Source: Candidatus Omnitrophota bacterium (lineage in GTDB: Bacteria > Ratteibacteria > UBA8468 > B48-G9 > DTJG01). From it: a DNA stretch of 61,066 nucleotides. A model generated the notes under the pieces. It did not search any database and had not been told where the DNA came from. It worked only from the letters and a program-made list of their open reading frames with translations. The DNA is taken from the NCBI GenBank assembly GCA_023818375.1, contig JAMWCC010000059.1, positions 1,901-62,966 on the forward strand, in the 5' to 3' direction. Positions 55,256 through 61,066 of this stretch are shown here, piece by piece (the stretch's first letter is position 1; every line of letters starts with the position of its first letter). The position numbers and the translations under genes are program-made.

Positions 55256-57985
55256 ATGAAAAACCTTTATCACCTTATTGAAAATCTCTTTGATAAAAAT
55301 AGATGGAAGGAAATCGCCTCAAAGATTTATGCGATTGAGAAAAGGTTTTGTTATTCTGATTTTGAATTTTCGGCTAAACTTTGCAGGGATGAGCTTGAAC
55401 GCTCTGGAGCAAAAGATGTTGAATTGATTAAACTTAAAGCAGATGGAAAGACAATTTACGGCGATTTTATTATGCCACAAGCATGGGACTATGAATATGC
55501 AAAACTTGAAATTGTTGAACCTGAAAAATTTAAGGGTAAAATTCTTGCCGACACATCAATTCATCCTTTTCATATAGCAAACCGCTCATGTGCAATTGAT
55601 AAAAATGTCTTTGAAGTTATTGACATAAAGAAAATTTCAGAAAACAAAAATCTGGCAGGTTGCTTTGTTTTTTGCGGAAATATCCATCCAAGAGAGTGCA
55701 GACATGAGATTGAAAAAACAGGTGCAACAGGGATTATTTCTTCCTTTTCAAAATCCCCTGAAATAAAGGATGGAATTTTCTGGGTAAACGGTTGGGTTAA
55801 AAATTCAGGTTGGTATCATACCAAGGAAGATAGAAAAATGGCTTGTTTCTCAATTACACCTGCAGATGGAGAACTACTTCAAAACCTTCTTGACTCATAT
55901 AGGGTAAAGGTAAAAGCCGTTGTTAAAAGCAAGATTTATGACGGCCATATCCACTCGATCACAGGATTAATTCCAGGAAAAACAAAAAAGGAAATCTGTT
56001 TCCTTGCTCATCTTTACGAGCCAATGATTACCGATAATGCAACAGGTGTCGCAGGACTTATAGAACTGTGCAGAGTTTTCAATCAGATGATAAATGAAAA
56101 GAAAATTATCCCTGAAATTGGCATAAGATTTCTGTTTTCTATGGAAAGATATGGAATGATGGAATTTTTTGAAAAGAGACATAATGTCATTTATGTGTTC
56201 AATGTTGATAGCATCACTGATGACATCGTAAAGACAGGCTCTCTGCACTACACCTTCTATGGAAGTCCGTCAAATCTTCCATTTTTTGGTGATTGGTTAT
56301 TTGAGTATATACTTTCTCGGTTTTTCAGGTATCCATGGAAAAAGCAAATGTCTTCATATGAAGACGATAGTTTTGTTTCTGATTCTTCAATCGGTATCCC
56401 TTCAGGATATTTTCTATCTCATCCTGGCAAACTTCATCACAATTCATACCTTGAAAAAACAGTAAACTGGCAACAGGGCGAGAATGTTTTCTGTGTTCTT
56501 GGAACATATGCACTGGTACTTAACGGCTTAAAAAATAATCTCGAGACAATAATTGAAACATCTGCTAAACAGGAACTTTTTTCGTATCTTACCACATTGG
56601 TTATGAATGCAACTGATTCAAAAGATGGTTTTAATATCCAGGGTATAAAAGAAAGGGTTGATTATTTTACTGGATATCTTAAGAAAAAGTACTTTTCCGC
56701 CCTGGCTTTCAACATCAAATGCAGGAAAAACTTTGCAAAAGATATTGACGCTATCACCAAAAGTTTTCTTAATAACATTTCTTCTAAATTTCCCAAAATA
56801 CAAGATGACATCCCTTTTTTATCAAATGAAGACAAAAAATCCCAAAATCTTATAATTACGAAAAGAAAGTCAGTTTTCATATTCTCACTTGCTGGAATTC
56901 CCCACAGCGAAAGAATCCATCCACCAGAACACTTTCATACCATAATAAACAGGATTGATGGAAAAAAGGATCTTTACCAGATATTCAGAGAAGTCGGTTT
57001 TGAAAGAGAAATTTTTGGACTTCCTGCTTTTGGAGAAAATGAAAAGAAAACATTGAGAAAATACATTGAGTACCTGGCAAAATATAGATATGTTGAATTC
57101 AAATATAGAACAATTGTTTCAAAAGATGACATAAAAAAGGCACTTATAAAACTCGGGATTAAAAAAGGAGATAGGATTATTGTCCATTCATCTCTTTCAT
57201 CAATGGGACTTGTTATAGGCGGAGCTGAAGCAGTATGTCAGGCATTGATGGAACTAATCGGAGAAAACGGACTTTTAATGATGCCATCTTTCAACCATGC
57301 ATTAATTTTCAAAAATAATCCAGACGCATATTTTTCACCCATTGAAACACCAACAATCAATGGGAAAATTCCTGAAACCTTCTGGAGAATGAAAAATGTC
57401 TACCGCTCATTAAACCCAACCCATTCATTTGCAGCCTGGGGGAAAAACGCAAAAGAATTCGTTAGGCAACACCATAAAGTCCCAGCAATGGGAAAAGGAA
57501 GTCCGCTTGAACTTCTTGAAAGATGTGATGGAAAGATTGTTTTGATAGGCACCATTGACTCAAATACATTCCACCACGTAGTAGAAATGACAAATAATGT
57601 ACCATGTCTCGGAAATAGAACTGAAGAATATCCAGTAAAACTGCCCTCGGGTCAGATTGTGAAGGTTAGGACCTGGTCATGGCGCAACGGTGTATGTGAA
57701 ATAACTGATAGGATTGCCTATATGAAGTATATGATAAAGCACAACCTTTTAAAAAGGGGAAGGATTGGAAATGCAGATGTTTTTGTAATTGATATGAAAA
57801 TATGCAGAAAGATAGTAGAGAAATTTTTGAAAGGAAAAATAAAAGGATACAAAGGTTGTAAGTTATGTAATATAAGACCGGTTGTGAATGAATGGACTGT
57901 TGAAAGTGACTGGGATGAGGAAAAACAAAAGGTAAAAGAAAATACACCTGCTTTTGTGGACGATTACGACCCTGTTTGTTTTTAA
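55256..57985 (+). CDS. Fusion protein: aminopeptidase-like (M28/DUF4910-type) N-terminal region + AAC(3)-family N-acetyltransferase C-terminal domain
   Basis: 909 aa. N-terminal motifs: LKADGKTIYGDFIMPQAWD and CFLAHLYEPMITDNATGVAGLIEL. The C-terminal ~280 aa carry GDRIIVHSSLSSMGLVIGGAEAVCQALMELIGENGLLMMPSF, NPTHSFAAWG, GSPLELL and IVLIGTIDSNTFHHVVE, the AAC(3) (Antibiotic_NAT) signature. Confidence 0.6.
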   Translation: MKNLYHLIENLFDKNRWKEIASKIYAIEKRFCYSDFEFSAKLCRDELERSGAKDVELIKLKADGKTIYGDFIMPQAWDYEYAKLEIVEPEKFKGKILADTSIHPFHIANRSCAIDKNVFEVIDIKKISENKNLAGCFVFCGNIHPRECRHEIEKTGATGIISSFSKSPEIKDGIFWVNGWVKNSGWYHTKEDRKMACFSITPADGELLQNLLDSYRVKVKAVVKSKIYDGHIHSITGLIPGKTKKEICFLAHLYEPMITDNATGVAGLIELCRVFNQMINEKKIIPEIGIRFLFSMERYGMMEFFEKRHNVIYVFNVDSITDDIVKTGSLHYTFYGSPSNLPFFGDWLFEYILSRFFRYPWKKQMSSYEDDSFVSDSSIGIPSGYFLSHPGKLHHNSYLEKTVNWQQGENVFCVLGTYALVLNGLKNNLETIIETSAKQELFSYLTTLVMNATDSKDGFNIQGIKERVDYFTGYLKKKYFSALAFNIKCRKNFAKDIDAITKSFLNNISSKFPKIQDDIPFLSNEDKKSQNLIITKRKSVFIFSLAGIPHSERIHPPEHFHTIINRIDGKKDLYQIFREVGFEREIFGLPAFGENEKKTLRKYIEYLAKYRYVEFKYRTIVSKDDIKKALIKLGIKKGDRIIVHSSLSSMGLVIGGAEAVCQALMELIGENGLLMMPSFNHALIFKNNPDAYFSPIETPTINGKIPETFWRMKNVYRSLNPTHSFAAWGKNAKEFVRQHHKVPAMGKGSPLELLERCDGKIVLIGTIDSNTFHHVVEMTNNVPCLGNRTEEYPVKLPSGQIVKVRTWSWRNGVCEITDRIAYMKYMIKHNLLKRGRIGNADVFVIDMKICRKIVEKFLKGKIKGYKGCKLCNIRPVVNEWTVESDWDEEKQKVKENTPAFVDDYDPVCF

Positions 57986-60900
57986 TCACTACTTTCAAAT
58001 AACTCTTCAACAGTTTTTATTATGTCTGATTGAATTTTTTCCTTTAAACCATCCCAATCCAGAGCACATCTATAAAGTGCAATCTGAGCGATCTTTTTTG
58101 TAATTATTGCGTCTCTGTACGATTTTAGATATTCTTTATTTAAAGTCTCTAATATTGTTGCTATTCCAAGAATCTTTACAAGTGCATCAGGAACATAAGA
58201 TTCAATGATCTTTTCAACAAGGGATGCTCTTTTTAGGATAGCAGGCAATTTGTTATAAAGAAATGTTTGTAATTCAATCAACATCTCGCTTGTTTCAATA
58301 CTCAACTGATGCAGGGGCTTTCCGGTTTTTTCCCAAAGCGCCAGGAGCATCTGTGTCTCTAAAACAGAATTTTTTTCAATGATTGAAAATACAGATTTTA
58401 TCAGTGCAACTTTTGTCCTTTGATCTTCCACAAGAATCTTTTCATATTCGTCACCCAGAAGAAATGAGGGAAGTACTTCAGCAATAGAACTACTTGTAAC
58501 TCCACCTTTGTTTGCTGATGAATCTCTTATTTGCAATATACCCCTACCTGCAATAACATCCCGCGCCGTATCATCAAAAAATACATTTGCACCTTCAACG
58601 ATAATCTTTAATTCTCTAAACAATTCCAGAAATGAACTAACATTGCCAGCATTAATTGTATCCTTAAATCCACCACATGGAACAAATACATTTATTTCTG
58701 CCTTTTCAATAAACCTTCTCATGCTCAAATCTGACAGAAAATTCCTGTGAAAAAATGTACCATCTTCAACTATTGATCCATCCGGAAGTTTGAAATGTCG
58801 TTTAACCCTTGGAATTCTGAACCCATCTTGCCCAATTTTATTTTCAGGATATGCAAGAGAATTTAATCTTGGTTTAGTATGTCTTGCAAAAGCAATCTTC
58901 ATTAATTCTTTCTTATCAAGGCCATCAGGGTCAAATAGTACACTTCCACTATCAATAATCAGTTTGATTTTACCCTTAAACGACTGTATCTGGTTTGCTC
59001 CGAGATCTCCATCAGGGCCCCCAGTCATCATCAGATTTACCTGTTCTTCCTTTAATCCGGTATATTTCAAAAGTGTTCTGAGACAAGCCATAACAGAAGT
59101 TGTTGTCATTCCACTTGTGTAAATATTTTCTCCAATAACATTATAAATTTCATCTGTATTATCTGTTTTCAGGACTTCCTTTCCTTCAATAACAAGTCGG
59201 GTGCAATCAGGTTCTCCAAATAGACCAAAAACCTTTTTATCTAAAGTTAATCCATATGTATCATGTGGAATTCCTGTTGATTTACCTGTCGTTATCGTTC
59301 TCCAGTATCTATAGTTTCTCTTTTTCGCCAAATTTGCGATTGTATCCATTAGATCGCCTGTTCCCTCATCAGGGCCAAAAAATACAATATCGGTTTTACC
59401 ATGGTAATCAAGTATCTCATCTGAAGGCAAAATCAAATCAAGAATGCCATTGGCGAAATCAATCGTTGCTTCAAGTGCATCAAAGGCGTAGTCGGGATAA
59501 GGTACAATAACACCCTTTGCACCACTTTCAGCAATATCCTTGTGTTTGAGTCGCTGTGCTACAGGACCCAGTGCATAATTAAGCAGTGGCATATTGTCAA
59601 GTTCTGTTTCGTAATTGTTTTTTGTTACCCTTATCAGTCTTATACCACCGCGGCTTATTTCTTCTGCTCTCATATAGGTTGAGATAGAATAAAATCCCAC
59701 CACAAAAAATACACTTTCAACCTTTTTTTGAAAAACCACATGATCCAGAATATTGTTCGTAAATTTGAATGCAAAGGAACGTTTCTTTACCTGGTAGAAG
59801 TTCGTTTTTACCAGTTCAGTGACAAGTTTACTCATAAACAAAAATATATCAGCACCTGTTGTATCATCGACCAACGAAATTCTGACGTTTCTTTCATAGG
59901 CATTTAATTCAGACAAAATCTTTTCTGTTTCCTTTTTCTCCTTTAGTGGATTGAATTTTGCATCAAAAATAGAAAATATCTGTTTTATAAAGTGAGGGTT
60001 TTGCTTTATCGTTGACATTATAATATTTCGTGTGTACTCTGCCCTGTTAGACTCAAAAATTCTCTTTGCAAAACCATCTCGCAACTGCTTTTCATCAAGA
60101 TTTGCCATAATATGATTGTCAATCACTTCATCTTTATAAATAAATGTGTGAACAAAAACAGCAGCCACATTAGCAAAGATATATTCAAAAAAAGATAGGT
60201 ACCCTTGTGTATAAAGTTCATCAAGGTCAATCGGCTGAATGGAAAGTAGAAAATGCAGCCTTTCAATAGCAACTTTTAGCTTTTCTTCAGGCACTTTGCC
60301 TTCAAGATAAACTGAACAGATTGATTCAATTCTCCCTGTTTTTCCTCTGTATGTTTCCCAGTATGCCCTTGTCAGTGTAATGTTTAGTTCCTCAAACATT
60401 TTTCTTATTACAGGGAGGATTGATTTTGAAAAATCCTCTTTGAACATAATCCTTGTTTCACCGGTTTCTTTTGCTTCAGAGATTGAAATAATGGGTATGA
60501 AACTTTTTCGTGTTTTCTCCAGAAACTCTTCATATCTTTTCTTTGTGGTTTCCGGTATCGGTGTTCCTGAAACAATGTTATTAAATGCAAAAGGTGATTC
60601 TCCTTTTTTTAATTCACTTAATTCTTTGCATTTTTCAGGTCTTATAATGTATGTGTAATAACGGTGCTTTTTGCCAAAATAATACTCAATTCTATTTCCT
60701 GACATCACAGGGTTTAGGATTTTCTCCATCCTGTCTCTGTTTTCGTCTGTTGCAATCCTTACCTGAACTCCGCCTTCCACCTTAAGTGGTACCTCTGAAA
60801 CCTCACTTCTTAAAACATATTGTCCATTTTCAATCCTTATATTGCTGGCGATTGTTTGAAGAATTATTTTTAATGAATCTTTTGAAAGTCCTCTAAAAAA

Positions 60901-61066
60901 ATAAGCAGGTAGCCCAAGGTCAGTAAGGAGTATTCCCACAGCAGCATTAATACAGGTAGCAGTCAGAAGTCCTTCACTTGTTAGTTCAATCACACATTCA
61001 TATAGCAAACTCGGATCAAGCCCACAACTTTTTGCCCTCTGAACGATGGAGCTTATCTCTGATCTT
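57982..61066 (-). CDS. Large NAD-specific glutamate dehydrogenase (about 115-kDa, GDH2-like class); 5' end probably outside the window
   Basis: Motifs: HKDIAESGAKGVIV, FFGPDEGTGDLMD, GIPHDTYGLT and MMTGGPDGDLGANQI (compare the fungal GDH2 TGGPDGDLGSNE). The frame stays open for 19 more codons upstream of the track's TTG 61008 to the window edge. Confidence 0.65.
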   Translation of the reverse strand, partial: RSEISSIVQRAKSCGLDPSLLYECVIELTSEGLLTATCINAAVGILLTDLGLPAYFFRGLSKDSLKIILQTIASNIRIENGQYVLRSEVSEVPLKVEGGVQVRIATDENRDRMEKILNPVMSGNRIEYYFGKKHRYYTYIIRPEKCKELSELKKGESPFAFNNIVSGTPIPETTKKRYEEFLEKTRKSFIPIISISEAKETGETRIMFKEDFSKSILPVIRKMFEELNITLTRAYWETYRGKTGRIESICSVYLEGKVPEEKLKVAIERLHFLLSIQPIDLDELYTQGYLSFFEYIFANVAAVFVHTFIYKDEVIDNHIMANLDEKQLRDGFAKRIFESNRAEYTRNIIMSTIKQNPHFIKQIFSIFDAKFNPLKEKKETEKILSELNAYERNVRISLVDDTTGADIFLFMSKLVTELVKTNFYQVKKRSFAFKFTNNILDHVVFQKKVESVFFVVGFYSISTYMRAEEISRGGIRLIRVTKNNYETELDNMPLLNYALGPVAQRLKHKDIAESGAKGVIVPYPDYAFDALEATIDFANGILDLILPSDEILDYHGKTDIVFFGPDEGTGDLMDTIANLAKKRNYRYWRTITTGKSTGIPHDTYGLTLDKKVFGLFGEPDCTRLVIEGKEVLKTDNTDEIYNVIGENIYTSGMTTTSVMACLRTLLKYTGLKEEQVNLMMTGGPDGDLGANQIQSFKGKIKLIIDSGSVLFDPDGLDKKELMKIAFARHTKPRLNSLAYPENKIGQDGFRIPRVKRHFKLPDGSIVEDGTFFHRNFLSDLSMRRFIEKAEINVFVPCGGFKDTINAGNVSSFLELFRELKIIVEGANVFFDDTARDVIAGRGILQIRDSSANKGGVTSSSIAEVLPSFLLGDEYEKILVEDQRTKVALIKSVFSIIEKNSVLETQMLLALWEKTGKPLHQLSIETSEMLIELQTFLYNKLPAILKRASLVEKIIESYVPDALVKILGIATILETLNKEYLKSYRDAIITKKIAQIALYRCALDWDGLKEKIQSDIIKTVEELFESSD

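Noticed and set aside
1-61066. Search for tRNA/rRNA genes, CRISPR repeats, transposase/integrase genes, and terminal inverted or long direct nucleotide repeats
   Set aside because: I did not recognise any. The only repeats seen are protein-level paralogies (URO-D-like, BNR, coiled-coil module, ARH halves) and the C9 homopolymer. An eye scan cannot exclude short or degenerate elements.

Overview
This is an AT-rich, very gene-dense window. I count about 55 protein-coding genes, and genes are cut at both edges. I recognise no rRNA, tRNA, CRISPR array, transposase, integrase or phage genes. All family calls were made by eye from motifs in the supplied translations or my own reverse-strand reading; no searches were run.

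The organism looks like an anaerobic, diderm, glycan-degrading bacterium. A prepilin-type H-X9-DG protein, a sulfatase remnant, BNR/sialidase-like proteins and beta-helix proteins point to the PVC superphylum or a neighbouring candidate phylum (inference).

Layout:
- 1-11.2 kb: secreted cell-surface and glycan-active proteins, including an unlisted 843-codon partial NlpC/P60 ORF.
- 11.3-22.8 kb: housekeeping genes (ADP-forming acetyl-CoA synthetase, bamD-like/lptE/holA/rpsT, ECF sigma/anti-sigma, PolX, TlpA, GspE-type ATPase, NikR).
- 22.8-28.1 kb: MacAB-TolC-type efflux operon.
- 28.2-32.4 kb: URO-D-like gene, larB, dcd, acpS, hldD.
- 33.2-35.0 kb: oxidative-stress cluster (superoxide reductase, WrbA, rubrerythrin, and an unlisted 49-aa desulforedoxin-like ORF).
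- 35.4-55.2 kb: catabolic island.
- 55.3-61.1 kb: aminopeptidase-like/AAC(3) fusion and a large NAD-glutamate dehydrogenase.

Most interesting observations:
1. The catabolic island is built around an expanded uroporphyrinogen-decarboxylase (URO-D/MT2)-like family: 5 intact copies plus 2 decayed copies, in two motif subtypes. These are interleaved with a GH3 enzyme, two BNR propellers, a double ADP-ribosylglycohydrolase, oxidoreductases and unknown proteins. This may be an uncharacterised substrate-processing system.
2. A perfect TTGACA/TATAAT promoter has a G9 tract in its 19-nt spacer upstream of the NlpC/P60 gene, a candidate phase switch.
3. An in-frame TAG separates the lipoprotein signal peptide from the TolC-like body.
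4. Three gene remnants (a sulfatase and two URO-D-like fragments) account for the largest apparently non-coding gaps.
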